From the NCBI GenBank assembly GCA_973851085.1, contig OZ316775.1:14632001-14696000 (forward strand): a DNA stretch of 64,000 nt, given 5' to 3'. Positions 12,250 through 26,001 of the stretch are shown here, in pieces; the first letter of the stretch is position 1, and each line of letters opens with the position of its first letter. Source of the DNA: Ptychomitrium polyphyllum (Eukaryota). The translations under genes were made by a program, and so were the position numbers. Below the pieces are notes generated by a model. It saw only the letters and a program-made list of their open reading frames with translations, had not been told where the DNA came from and did not search any database.

Positions 12250-14704
12250 TTATCTGTGGCGGACCAGTTGTTGCCGTTCGAGGTTGGACTCGAACAGCTT
12301 GGAGCGCATCACCACGTCGATGTTGCTCTTGGGCCACTCCATGTGCCCTTTCATACCTCGGATGATGTGCGTGTTGTTGGCTTTGTCCGGCGACTGTAGC
12401 TGTGTTCTTTGATGCGGCGAAGACTCGGAGAGAAGATGAGTTACGTGGCCGTTTGACAAGCGCCGTGACGAGTGGTGCAAGTTCAGATCCTCCTCGACGT
12501 GGGCCTCTTCTCTCCACATTCCTTTCTCCAAGTGGTGCCCATTCGGCCCGCTCAACGCCACTATGTCCTGTCCACAAGACAGTCACAGTAGTTTAGAAAC
12601 AGTGCATGCGACTTCACAAGCAATGTTTGCAAGTAGCCTTTCATCGAAGAGAATTTTTGCGAGAAAATTCACCCTACCTCATTTGAGTGCGCGTATTCAT
12701 CGACACTGTCATGCGGATCGCTGACATGGGTGTTGTTGCCGTTGCCGTGGTAACGGTCGACATCCTCGTGGTGGTCCTCCCAGTGAGAGGATTCGTCACG
12801 ATCAGTCTCGTGTAGATCGTCATCTTCGTCAGAGTCGTGCGACTCGCTCACGAAGTCTGAGCCGCTCTCAAGTGGTTCCTTTGAATCATGTGAGTCCTGT
12901 CTTGCTACATTCTCGTCCACCATGTCACACTCGCTGTCTTCCCACCTGCTCCCGACGTCCTGCGAGTCAAGAGGATTGCCCCAGTACTGACCTTCCCGTG
13001 CTTCGTCGTCGTTGCTCATATCCATGGTGTAGAGGTCGTTGTCCGGCGACGCTGCCTGGTTGAGGGCGGTGGGAGGGAAGGATGCAACAAGTCCTCTCGG
13101 GTGAATTGCAGTGATGACATTGCGCAAGACCTCAGCTTCCTGTAAGGCAGCTGCACTATTGCAGCTGTCATCCCTTCTTTCACCCCTCAAGAAGGCTTCC
13201 AGCTCAGCCCGCATGACATCGAGCGCGGCGCTCTTCTCCTCAAGCGCCACTTTCGCTTCACTCAGCTTCATTTGTACACGCTCCTCCCGCCAGACCTCCG
13301 CCAATTGCAGCATGCGCCGCTCCTCTTCGAGCTCATCTCGCACTCGCTCAGATTCTCGTTTGAGCTCTTCCCTTTCCTGCTTGTCGTCCCCAATCTCGCG
13401 AGCCAGCTCATCGCAGACATCTTCCATCAACTGGCGAGCTTTGCGCTCATTTTCAAGATCTTGAAGCGCCTTCGCAGCCGCTACGTTGGCCTCCATAAGC
13501 TCCTTGGTCATTTTCCAATTGGAAACTTCAAGCCTACGCCTCACCTTTCGCTCCTCCTCCAATTCATCCTTCGCAGCTTGTATGCTCGCCGTAATGATTT
13601 CCTGCATCTTTTCCTGCTCCTTAGCCTTCCAGCTTGCTTTTTCATCTGCCATCTTCTTCATGAAATTATCCACTTCTCTCCGACCTGATTTCTGCGTCTG
13701 CTCCAGGTCTTGCACACGAGCACGAGCTTGCTCTAATTCTGTCCGCAATGTCGCCGTTAAGCTTAAGCTGGCATTGTGCTGCTCTTCCAGAATGCGTATG
13801 CGGCTCAAGATTTTCAGGAGCTCACTTGACGTGGTCATGGAGCTGAGATCTGCCGCCAGCTTCCCATCACACTTCTTATGATTAGAGCGGATCGAGGATG
13901 CCGGAGAGTGTTGACGACGTCTCTGACATTCGACCTGGAGGTGCAAAATTGGACCACGATGAGTACTATCTCTAATACTGCGAAAATTCTACAAAGACAG
14001 AATACATCAAGCAATACCAATGCGTCGCAAGAATTCCAACATGTCTATGAAGATATTCAAAGGAAAAAGGTGAGGACTTTTGCACCTGAATGGAGGGAGA
14101 GGCAGGATTATCACGCCCATCGCCCTTCTCCCCCTGATGCACATGAGAATGCGCGGCTGCCAAATGCTTACCGAAATTCCCACGGCGTTTCCCATTCTCT
14201 GCCCCAGCCTATCCCCATCCAAACAAATCCCATTAACCCCACAGTCCCTGGCAGATCAATGGAACATAAGCAAAGGGGTAGTCTAGACTGCCAACTGACC
14301 TTCACGTATTGCTGATAGGCAAACTTGCAGCTGCGAGGCGAGAAGTATGACTCCGCCTGGGAACGAGGGCTGGACATATCGGAGACGCCTTTGAGCCAAT
14401 GCTGGCTGCAGAGGCAGGCAGGAAGCGGGTGGTCTTGAAGCTCCCACAACGAGGCCGCAAGCTTGCGAGCCGACACAGGGGTAGGCCTCCCTGCTGCAGC
14501 GTGCGCGGCAGCCGCAGCTGCAATGCCGTCGTAGAGCTGGTTGTTGAACACTTTCCAACTCGGTACCGGCGTGCTAGGGCCACCCCTGCGACCTGCGACT
14601 ATGGCGCGCTTCACTCGCAGACCTTGTGAGGGCCACCCCGGCTCCAGCCCTCTCTTGTTCACTCCGTGCATCCTCACCCTCCTCCTCGCCACCCGCTCCA
14701 GCAT
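12250..14704 (-). CDS. Coiled-coil protein of the BRANCHLESS TRICHOME / At5g41620 / IPGA1-like family, ~659 aa. Exons 14704-14300, 13934-12678, 12567-12250
   Basis: Two phase-0 GT-AG introns join family motifs PSTPVPSW, SARKLAASLWEL, ELEQARARVQDLE, ERKARQLMEDVCDELAREI, EEERRMLQLAEVWREERVQMKL and the C-terminal HIIRGMKG...RSKLFE. Confidence 0.88.
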
Positions 14705-17700
14705 GAATTCTCACTGCCCTGCTCCCCACGCTACACAAGGCAATCTCATGTACGATCTCCTTCGTGCACGTTGCACAAGCTCCAACCACATCTTGAGCTC
14801 CACTCGCTGCAGCAGTGAGACCGAGGCTCTTGCCTACAAATCATCACCTCCGACACATGACACCCCTCCAAACAAGCTGCGGCATTCGCCACCAAAGGAA
14901 CCATCCACAGATGCAATTCTCCCCTACCGGCATTCCTAAAGAAGAATATCGCATCAACCTCCCGCAAGACTACGCCTTTACAAATTGCTACCTTAAGGCA
15001 ACACACATCTTTACCTTCATCGCCTGTACAACAAGGGCAGCGCTCATTCTTACGTCCTAACACCGATTCCCTGCAAGTAACCACTATTGTACTATCTAAA
15101 GCTATCGTATCCCCTGGCTATGGCTATTGGCCATGGCCACCACTGAAAGCTTCAAACCTCGCACCACTACATCTTGCTACGTCAGAAATGCTTCCGCTTC
15201 ATCACCACCAATCACAGTTAACAGAAAACAAGGAGACCCAAACCTCGAACGCTACGACTACTCGATCAAACTGAAAACAGCGCACTAAGGCAGCTCCTGC
15301 GCTCACAGCCTATGATCTACATGAAACCACAAACAGAGTCAAGAGGATTGTTTTCAGAAACATGGTACTCCCAACGCCCCAATCAAGGCAAGCTCCTTCT
15401 CAATGATTGCACGATCAGTCTCACAATGCTCTTCGACGAACTTCGACGCTATTGAAGGAATTAGTACCACAACCACCCTGAAAAGCTGGCCAGCACAACG
15501 TGCCCACCCCGACAAGTTCACAAGACTCGCTGCTCACATGGAAATGATCTGAAAAACGAATCCTCTAGACACAACCTATCATACACTGCGGCTGGCCACA
15601 TGCAACCAACGTGGTTGCTCACCCTGAGTCTGCAAGTCCCCCAACACTACACTAGTGTGGCAGAGGAAAAGCGTCGCCTTGGGTGGGAATCGCATACAAG
15701 GTTAACTTCGGATGGAAAGTGAGCGCCAAGTCCGATGAGTTCTAACTTAGCTCATGCTACAGTATGGAGTGGCATCCGGGCCGACGTCTCGTGGATTGAA
15801 CGAAGGTGATGTGCAACTAAGGAATGGTGTAACCGTGTGGCAATGGCGATGGCGCCCAACCCGAGGTGTGAGCATTGAAGGCCGGGAATCATAATAATAA
15901 TGATGCTGGAGCGAGTCCTTGGCCGGGTCCTGCAGTCGCGGGCCCCGCCCCACTGATCAGCTTCCTGATGGCAATGACACAGGGCTTGTCTGCGATCTCA
16001 CAAGCCAGGGCAGCTCCGGAGTCCCAACCTGGCAGCTCGCTAAAGCTGTGGGCTTTACTACCCTGGTACTGCACTGCAGCCTACCGCTGCTGCAACCGTG
16101 CTAGGGCTTCCGACACCCTCTACGAGGTGTTGCCTTTCGTCGTCAGTCATCCGCGGATGATATGGACGACGTGGATGATAGTGCCTGCATTTATTTTTTT
16201 CATTTTTCTAGGCCACGTAGTAGACGAGAATATCGGTTTTTGTCAAAAATAAAAATAAAAATTGGGGACACACGAGATATCGTTGGTTGGAAACAAAGTA
16301 CAGTAAACATGAGAATTTGAGTGCAAGGGAAATCAAATACAAAGGGAAGATGAAAATGCTTATAAACATAAGAAACAATCCTATAAAAAGGAATGCATAT
16401 TTATTAGTGAAATTTCTTTAATATATTAAAATTATTTGAGAGATTTTTTTTAATATGGAAAGAAAGGAATGTTTTAGAAAACTTATTTTGCAATTTATAA
16501 TGTAAGGAACATTTTACATCCTTAAAAGAATTTGAATCTAGCACCTAGGAAATCTAAGTGGAAAAAAACTTCTTTATTTGATAAAGATTCCAAAACATCT
16601 TTTGAGCCAACCCTTTAGATTTTAATAATAATATCCTACTTCAAAAGGCTATTAGAAAGGCCTACTTGAAGCATATAAACCAAAAGCACAAGGAAGCCTA
16701 GAATCTTCTTAATATTCAAAGACCTTCACTTTGATGACAAGGGAGGAACTTTGTCAATTTTTTTACCATAACTATGTGATCATAACTGGAATAAAATGTT
16801 TTCTTCATTTTATTTTCTTTTTTTTTGAAATGCTGTACAAAGTTTTTAAAAATTAAATATCAAATTTCAATTTCTTTTTATGTGTTCCAAATTGGAATAT
16901 TTTTATGTTCAGATAACCAAGTTCGATCTGATAGTGGTGAAGCAGATGAAATTGACTGCCAGGACCATAGAAGATTTGCCTTTTTGGGGGTAAATCTTAG
17001 CACCTAGCAAAAGGATGACTGAGTCAGATCTGGATTCAGGTCACTGTGCTGCAGTTATTGTTTTTTCCATTTCTGCCTCCTAGCCACAGTGTTACTCATA
17101 TAATAAGATACCAGGTGTACATGCCACACTGATACTTGGTAATACCATAAATGATACTTGAACGATGCTCGTTAAAGTCTAGCTATATGCCTCAATCTCT
17201 CATGTGGATTTTCCTTCCATATCTTAAAAAGTCTTTGTCAAAATTATCCACCTCTTTCAAGTGTAGCAATATGGCTTAAAATAGCTGGAAAACAAAACCT
17301 TGCTGCAGTGGGGGATTTTTTTGAGATTTTACATTGGTTTCTGCACATCTTTTGGAGATGTGTGAAGAATCAATGTTAGCTGACCAAGTACCTTCATTGT
17401 GATTTCATCACAAATTCAGGAGTCAAGGCCCTCAATTTTCTCAATTTTGAAAGTCAGAAGGGGTTCCTTGGAAGGTAGGGTACACAAAAGACCTAATCCA
17501 TTGTTAGAAGAGCTCTTATCTTGTATATATAGCTATTGAACCACATGCTACTTGAAGGAGCCTAGGTCCAAGCAACATTGAGCTGATGTCCATAATTCGT
17601 GTTCCTGAAAGTTGATCAATGAGAAGCATCTTTGTGTGGATTCACTGTCCAGCTAGTTGTTGCAGAACAAAGTCTGTAACTTGTCTTACCAAACTGAATA

Positions 17701-20239
17701 AGCTATCTGCAATTAAATACATTCACTTGCCTTCATAGCAATGTCTGGCAGTTCAGGTGGGTCACTCTCAACATGTTATTAAATTTCAAAGCTTCATGAA
17801 TAGTGATCTTAGAACCATGCGTATGTATTTCTATATAGTTGTCATAGATTCTCATGATCACTTAATTTTAATCTCCTTCCTAATTTCAACCAAAAACAAT
17901 GAGGTGCTTCAAGTAGTATATGTCCTCAAGGTATAGGTTAAAATTTTAGAATTAGCAAACTCTTCATTGACATGAACATCAAAACAAGACTTGAGTTCCT
18001 AATTTTTGGAATAAAAATGAAAATAAAAGATCCATGTTCTTTCTTTCAGCTACTTCATATTATTTTTTTGATTGGATTTGATTACAATCCTAAAAAAATA
18101 GTAGAATTTATCTAATTAACATTTTAAAAACACAAGTTAAATGTGGTGGAGTAAATGATTTTATAAACTACAAAATGTTGCAAAAAGATGAATAACAAGA
18201 GACAAATCAAAAGCAACTAGTATTGTGGTGTTACAAGGTCAAGGTCGATTCCTTGGTGCCAAATATTTAATATTTGGCATTAAAGTCATTTCAGCATGCT
18301 ACAGCCTTTTCCAAATCTTTTATGAGTGATCTTTTAATGTACTATCCACTACAAACTTATTAAATTTTCATCAAACCCATGGATAAATTTTCTCCAAAAT
18401 TCCAACAAATCTCACCAACTTTTTCAAAACTTTCAACATTACAAATTTCAATTAACTTGTACCAACCATGACATTTGGTAAGGGTACTTTGTTCTACCAC
18501 AATTATCAAAGGAAAAAAATGTATGAGATTTTTCAAAACAACAAATACAAAAAAGGAAAATGTCCTAAATCCAGATGAGAGATCTGCCATCCATTTGACC
18601 CATGAAAGAGTGTGCATATTGAAGCATGGTCAATGCTTAGCACATCAAAAATGATACCCATACCTTTTACATAGTGTGCCATATACTGACCTTGTTTTGT
18701 TCTCACATTTTAGCAAGACGGTCAGGCCAAAGGAGCAGGACTGTGTTCCCCTTGCAACTACTGCACAAGCTTTGAGAGAAATAGTAGTGTCCCTAGACAG
18801 ATGCATAGCTCAAGAATCTGCTGGATTAGTCCAGGCAGTGGCTCTGTTGACTGGTCACCTGTTGGTCAATTCAATTCCTATTCATGAACCTGGCATGGAC
18901 GACAAATTCCACAATGTGTTTTCCATGGCACTTAATTCAAATTCTCAAGGTTTAACTTGAAGTTGATATGCATACACTTGGAGGCTAATTTTCATACATA
19001 TGATATTTCATTTAATAGGCTAGGGTGAAAAGTGCAAGAGTTCACATAAGTTTTGATGAAAAGTAAACAAATTGTTATCTGTGCCTATCACAGTCTGTCA
19101 GAAGGTACTCACTTCTTTGTACTCCTCTCCTGCTCTTGTCCTGCTCTAAATGAACTTTATCTTGGTCAAATGAAATACTACAAGCCTGCAAAAATATATA
19201 GCTTGAAGAAGCCTTCCCGGAAAGGAATTCTTGGGCAATGGGAAGCATCTCAGGTCTAGGAATCCATCTTCCCTTCTCTGCTACTAGACCATCTTTGAAG
19301 TCCTGTAGTGTACAGGTGTTTGCTTCCTCTGTAACTCAACCTTGAACTAATTGACAAGGGCAAAACCTTTGGGCAATCTCCTGACAGATGTCCCCATTCT
19401 GGCAGGATGAATAATGGTTTGTAAGAAGTAGTTTAAATGCAGTTGGGGGGCATGTCCAAGGACTGTTTCAGGTTCAAACCTTTGCAGATGCCTATTCACA
19501 GCAACCAGCATACAAGCTTGGTTCTTGTCTACAAGGCAGCCTTGCCACTATTAAGCACAAACACTCAAATTGCCAAAACTGGGTTTCTGGCATCCTGTTT
19601 TGATGCAGAGCTACTTTTATGGGAAAAACTAGCCTTTGAGCCCAACTAACCAAATATGGCCTCTAAAATAAGGGATCCCATTTTTGTAGGGTCATTCCAA
19701 GTTGTAGGACTCTAAATATTGTTCTTTAGAAAATGAATATTGTTGAAAGTTAACCACAATTTGGCCATTAATGAATCGACAAGGATTTATCTATTTGTTG
19801 CATTTCATTTTTCATTGTACATCAAAAATAAAACACATAATTCTCAATCTAAAATTCATCACAAAGTCCAAATTTTATAAATAATTCAAAACAAAAACAT
19901 AGAAGGTAGTTTTGGAAAGCATACTTTAAAACAACAAACAATCTTCATAAATTGGTCAATTATAACAATGTTTAGCATTTTTGGCTTCATTTTGGTTTAA
20001 ATTTTAAAAAATAAAATGTCAAAAAAAAATTAATGAAATAAAAGTAAGAAGGTGTAATAATGCTTAAGTAGGTTCAACATATGCATGGATTGTGGTGGTT
20101 GTTCTTGCAATTTTGCAAGTGTTCTTACAATTTTGCTTATATCAATTGCAATTGCTTACATCAATTAAAGACAAGATTGAGAACATTGCAAGGGATTGTA
20201 GGTATATGTATGGTGTGCATGTTAACTCCTAAATGACGT

Positions 20240-20777
20240 ATATAAATGGATTGTTAGCTTCTGAAGGACTTGAATAGATGGACTATCTTTTGGCCACTTG
20301 AATTGATGAGTTGGCAAAATTCATGTAATAAGACAATATTAAGTTGGATTTACTTGTAGCTTTAAAGATACTTATATCAACTATGTTGATAAAAGCCTTG
20401 ATTTATGGTAAGCAATGAGGCTAAAGTCCACTTAGTGACAAATCTTAAGATAAGTTTAATTGACATTTTATTATAAACATAATAAAATTGTGGGAATAAT
20501 ATTAGAAGAGTCTTTGTGAATTATAGTATATAAGGAGGTTGTAACCAAATGCACATACACTTGAGAATCATTTGCCAACCTTGTATTATGAAGAGAGTAT
20601 TATAGAGTTTATGTAATGTTATGAAGTTTATGTAGTATTACGGATTTTATATATTATTATGGAGTTATAGATGTGAAGGGTGGAATCTTGACTATAACAT
20701 ATAAAGGGTAAGAGTATTTTGTGTTATGAAGGAGATGGAATTATGTAGTAATTAATGTTAACAATTATTCTTCAACA
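20240..20777 (+). mobile_element. Possible highly decayed Ty1/copia 3' end (RNase H tail plus LTR)
   Basis: ACTATGTTGATAAAAGCCTTG resembles the copia ADxLTKAL end. A purine-rich tract at ~20490 is followed by an LTR-like block ending TTCTTCAACA. Weak. Confidence 0.3.
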
Positions 20778-23700
20778 ATTTGCACCTAGACATGCACCCC
20801 ATGAGATGGTCAGGCATCAATCAATACCAGATTCATGTCATGAGTTGGCCTTTGCAATAGCATGAACAGTGCCACTTTGAAGAACTTTGCTGCAATGCTT
20901 TAGTACAAACTCTAATGGAACATGTTGGCTGTTGCAATATTCCACCAGGGTTGGTCATTTTTCTCCTTGAAATTAGCATTTGCCATCCCAAAATCTATAC
21001 TCTTGTAAATCCACCAAGCTCTGGCATCATCAAAGCCTGTAACTTAGCTGCATCAATTTCTGATAGTGGAGTTCAAACTTCACTACAAGATGATTGTCCT
21101 TTCATTTGTTAGCAAGAAATGTAAGGAACATCTTCTTGGGTATTCCCCAGAGGTTGTGTGCTAAGAGGACTCAACATGTCTGAAGCCTGAGAGGGCCTTA
21201 AACACATGTTTTGCAGGCAGTCCACTCCATTGCACCTCCTATGCTTCCAGGCATAGGCCAGCACTGCGCTGCAGGTACTCAACAGCAGAGCCGGCATCAG
21301 AGATTCTTCTACAAGTCATTTTGTATTTTTGCAGAGCCAAAATTTGTGGCGCCTCTGTAACAAGCAAGTACTTTGCTGGCTTGCAAGGTATACAGAGTAT
21401 ACATTAATTTTCAATCCTGTATTTTCAAATCTAAATGTTTGGTGAAATGGCCACAACACAAGATCAATTGTGACTCAATCAAATCCAATTAAGTGTTGGA
21501 CTACTTGTACATTTCAAGTGTTATATATACTTTAATGCCAATTCTTGTATAAACATGGACATTCTACGGAAACATCTTCCTAAATACTAAACCCATGGAA
21601 GGTGCCTTTGATTAAATCTTATTTTTTTCTAGGAATGAAGATAGTGGGAGTTACTAGAAACATAAAACAGTTGTTATTTGAGCAAGGGTGGTTACTGAGT
21701 TGGGATAGGGAACATGATATGATTTCTAATAGAATCTGCAACATCTACCTTATTGGTGCACAAAGCTTGAGATGCTCTAAGAATGTTATTTATACTTTCA
21801 GAGTCAATCTTGTCTAAATTATCAAACATCGTCGTTACAAATTCATGGTATAGGGCCATTAACAAAGAATAGTAATGATATTAAGAGTTTGTTAATTTTG
21901 TCTGTAAAAATGATACAAATTAAATCTTAATTAAAATCGAATAATTTTATATGTGAGATTTGATCCTGAGCTGATTTACAGCAATTTCGCCAAAAGCTGA
22001 CAATTTTTGGAACCAGTTTTTGTTGAGGTGAAACATGTGACTAGCTTATTGTAGTGGGGCTTTGTTTTCCCTTCCTTTTACAGAATTTTACACAGAATAG
22101 AAAATCTTACTTACTTAATTTTTTCTACTAATGCCACAAGCAAAGTGTTTTTATTTTCACTGAGAAATCTGAATTTCCACGGGCATCTGCTGGTCATATT
22201 CCAAGCATAGAAACCTTCTTCCTAATTAAAAGATTATAAATGATAGTAAATCTCATTGTGAAGTGAAAAAATAATTCATCCACAGAAGTTCCAAGGCTGA
22301 CCAGGAGCAAGGCATAACCACAACAACCATACTTGAGATTAGGATTTTGGCAGGTGATCATTCAAGAATTTGTTGCCAACCCAGTGACTCAGTTGCAAAG
22401 TGAGGCAGTGAGCAGGAAATAAGTTACAACCTACAACCTTATGCAGAAAAGTGCTCCCTGCAATGAAGAGGAATAGAGCTGAGTACAAGCATTTCCTTAT
22501 TCACATATGAAATACACATGGATTTGTTTAAAAAGGAACCCTGGACCCTTTAGACCCTTTAGACCCTTTAGTGTACATTCCAGTACTGTTACTTCATGCT
22601 TTCACTGTGTTAAAATATTTACCTCCAGAGTTTACATACTGTGGAGTCCTTCTCTCTGTGTACATTCCTTTTCAACAGAATCAAGGAGTACAAAAGATTT
22701 GGTTACAAAAATAAGAGAGTTGGTTACAATAAAGATCATGAATTGTCTTAACATTCTTGACTACACTCAGAATACTGTACCATATACAGTAGTCAAGTGC
22801 ATCTTGACCTTTGCCTTCCCAATTGACCTGGCACTAAGAAAATTGGCAAGGGGCCCTAAAGTAAGAAAGTAGGAGCAGCTAATTGAACTTTTGGAAGTTT
22901 GCTGTGTTATTTCAGTACTGCATCAAGCAATGATTTGACAAGAACTTCACTAAAGGTCAATCAAGCATTTGGTCATAAATTCAAAGGGCATTTACATAAT
23001 TTTGTGAAATTCCAATCTCTAATCCATGCTATAGTCAGCCCAGTTGGGCAAACAAATGGTGGAGGGGGCCTACCAACTATCTTATACTGGTATAGTTTTG
23101 CCTATGCTCACTTCATCCTGTAAGACACAAGCTTAACCAGAACTTACCAGAAAAGAGCTGAAAGTATTTTAGGTTTTGAGTTGTGCTACAAATCTTATAG
23201 AGGATCTACAGCAGTGTCGTCAATCTGGTTGATGGTTGGCAACTTTCCATGCCTGGTGAGTGGTACTTAACTTTACTACTAGTGGCACAGGCCCAGGGGT
23301 GTTCTCTCACCCAAAGTCCCTTAGACTTTGTAGTACCAAAACTTCATAGCTATGACTCAATGAGAATGATGAAGATGATGCCTCTTAATTGAAACATGGA
23401 GCACACATGATGCATCTTGGGACTTGAATGTGTGTGTCTGTACAGGCTCAAACAGGTTCAAGATTTGATTGATGTTAATTAGGGGTATTAATGTTGGTGT
23501 ACCTAGCAAAGTCTCTTTAATCCATGACCAAGGACCATGGGTGGCTCCTTCTGAAACTTGTCAGCCTGCACATTTATGTGCTATACAAAATGCAAAATAT
23601 AATGCCAATGTCGTTTCTCTCTTACAATGAAATGTTCTGTTTCATTTGTGCTCTCTTACTTCAAAAGAAAGAATGCCAATGAGGTGCAGGACCAGTGGCT

Positions 23701-26001
23701 AGAGGCAAGCAGCTATGAATATTAGGCATAATTCACCAAATGATAGCCATGCTACACTCATGTATCTATCAAAATTCCATATTGTTTCAGAAGCACTTTA
23801 CAGAATTTTGCAATTGGATTTGCTATAAGTACATTCCCTTTGTTCTCAAGTATGAGGTAAAAGAAATCATTGTGTAAGAAAAACATTTACATAGCTTGAC
23901 AGTTGACTAGAGCTTCAATTTCAAGCAAAGCTGGTGTGAAAAAACAAGAACCACATAAATTACATACAGCATGAGTCACCAGCTAAGGTTGCTGCCAGTG
24001 CATATAGTCAAACATGCACTAGTAGCAACAGATGCTGTCAAGGTGTTACATAGTTGTACAATAGTTTCTACCCTAATTCTGTACACAGAGAAGACTGTTG
24101 TGTCACAGCAAGTGGTTGAAGCGTGAAAAACTTGAAATATTCACTCAAACCTTGGGAGCATTTGTATTAAGAACATCCTTGGGTTCCTGTCACTGTGGCA
24201 GTGTTTGCCTCTTAATACTTGTAACAAAATCTCAACCAAGTGGTGCTTCACCAGTTGACTGTGTCTAAGAGAAAATTGATCTGGCCTTGTGAAATAATGG
24301 GATTTGTGAATTCTACCTTTGAATAATCAATTGAAAAAGATAGAGGGCCTCTACATTTTTAAGGAACTCTAACCATTATACAGATGTGGATTTTGTTGTC
24401 ATTTGAGAGAAAACTTAGATTAGTAATTGCATACATTGAGTTATGATAAGCAGGAGTTTAGGTCAAAAACTATTTGTTTTATTTTAACCTCCTTTATACT
24501 TATATAAAAAAAATTAAATCATGGAGAAGAAACAAAGTACATGTCATAAATATGACGTAGAAAAGTTTCATAGTCCCAAGTGTGGAAGTGAGCATGCAAA
24601 TTTTGGACTCTCTTCAAATCTATTATGAATTCTCAAACAAACAATAGGTCAGCGTGATCTCAGTATGCAATAACTTGTACAGTACATCCATTGTAAGTTA
24701 TAAATGTTGTATATGAACTGATAAGAGTGAGTTCATTGATTATGAAATGAAGTGCTTTCTGTGAAAATATTAAATACCTATTCAGGATACATGAGATTCA
24801 GTATCAAATAACAACTAGAGGCATGACATTCTTTTCTACATGCTTTCTACTTTGTTAAATAGCTTCAAATATTGTGCCTCAACTCTATCAGAAACTAATT
24901 AGTTTTAAGCAATCAATTTATGGAATATGTGAATGTAAGTAAATCACTGGAATATGTGGCTATGATCTATTGTGGTACTGACATATGTTACTATTCATTA
25001 AAAAATGAACTTCAAATACAACAACCTTGTTAAAGATGAACTGAATTTCTTAAAATAATTGTTTATTCATTATAACATGAGAGCCCTCTACGGTACAGTC
25101 TCAAGGTACACTTAGTACCCACTATAGTTTTGGTAGAGCTTCTGCCTAGCAAAGTCCGTAGAGCATAGTCATAGTGAAGCTCTCTTGAACATCGTAGGAG
25201 GCGTCCATGCGTCCCTTTCTAAAACCTAGCTACAGTAGGTGGGCGGCCAAGTTGAAAATGTCAAAAGACAACGAGGTAGGTATCTTTGTTGGAAAAGTAC
25301 ACACGTTCGTTGTAAGACAAGGACTCGAAGGAGGGAGGAAGAGTTTTAAGTAGAAGGCCCGTTAAAGGATGCCAAGCCAACGCTCAGTAACTCCCCTAAT
25401 TACTTTCAAATGAGCAGGGGGAGAGCAAAGGAACTAAAGCAAAACTTGTTGATTCTCCACAAGTCGTCAACAAGAATGGTAATCTCAGCTATCCTTCTGG
25501 ATTTACACGAATGAAATAGATGCGCACTGCAATCTACGTTGTGGATTATCTATCACAGTGCCCCAGCTCATTGGTCACACCCCAAACGTGTGACTTGATA
25601 AATGTGATCTTCTGTTACATAGGCTCGTCTAAAGACAAGTCTAATTGTGTCATTATCATGTAATGTGGAAAATCACATTTCCACTATGTCTATTGAGATG
25701 CCTCCGACATAGCACTCTCCAACATAGAAAGAAAGATACCCAGAAAGAAAATACTCAAGTGAAATACTTTCACTGATTTCTCAAGAATATGGTGCACAGT
25801 AACGGCTATAGGAATCCATCAATCCCTGATTAGACTCTCTCATGACTGGCACAAAGGTTGCTTATTCTACACGAGCTCCTACACAAGAACGAGCTCTACT
25901 CCACAACTAGATCCCTCCAAAAATTGGGACTCGGCTTGATTAAGTCGATACCACCACTGTACTTATCTCTAAACAGAATATCAGATTATAGTACGAACTA
26001 C

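Noticed and set aside
12182..14939. Many overlapping ORFs on both strands (e.g. 13111-13464, 13272-13688, 14541-14939)
   Set aside because: They are antisense or alternate-frame shadows of the GC-rich coiled-coil gene.
21471..23978. Four TGACTCA/TGAGTCA (GCN4-like) motifs in 2.5 kb
   Set aside because: The window-wide count looks near chance, TG/CA is inflated by CpG decay, and no gene start is nearby.
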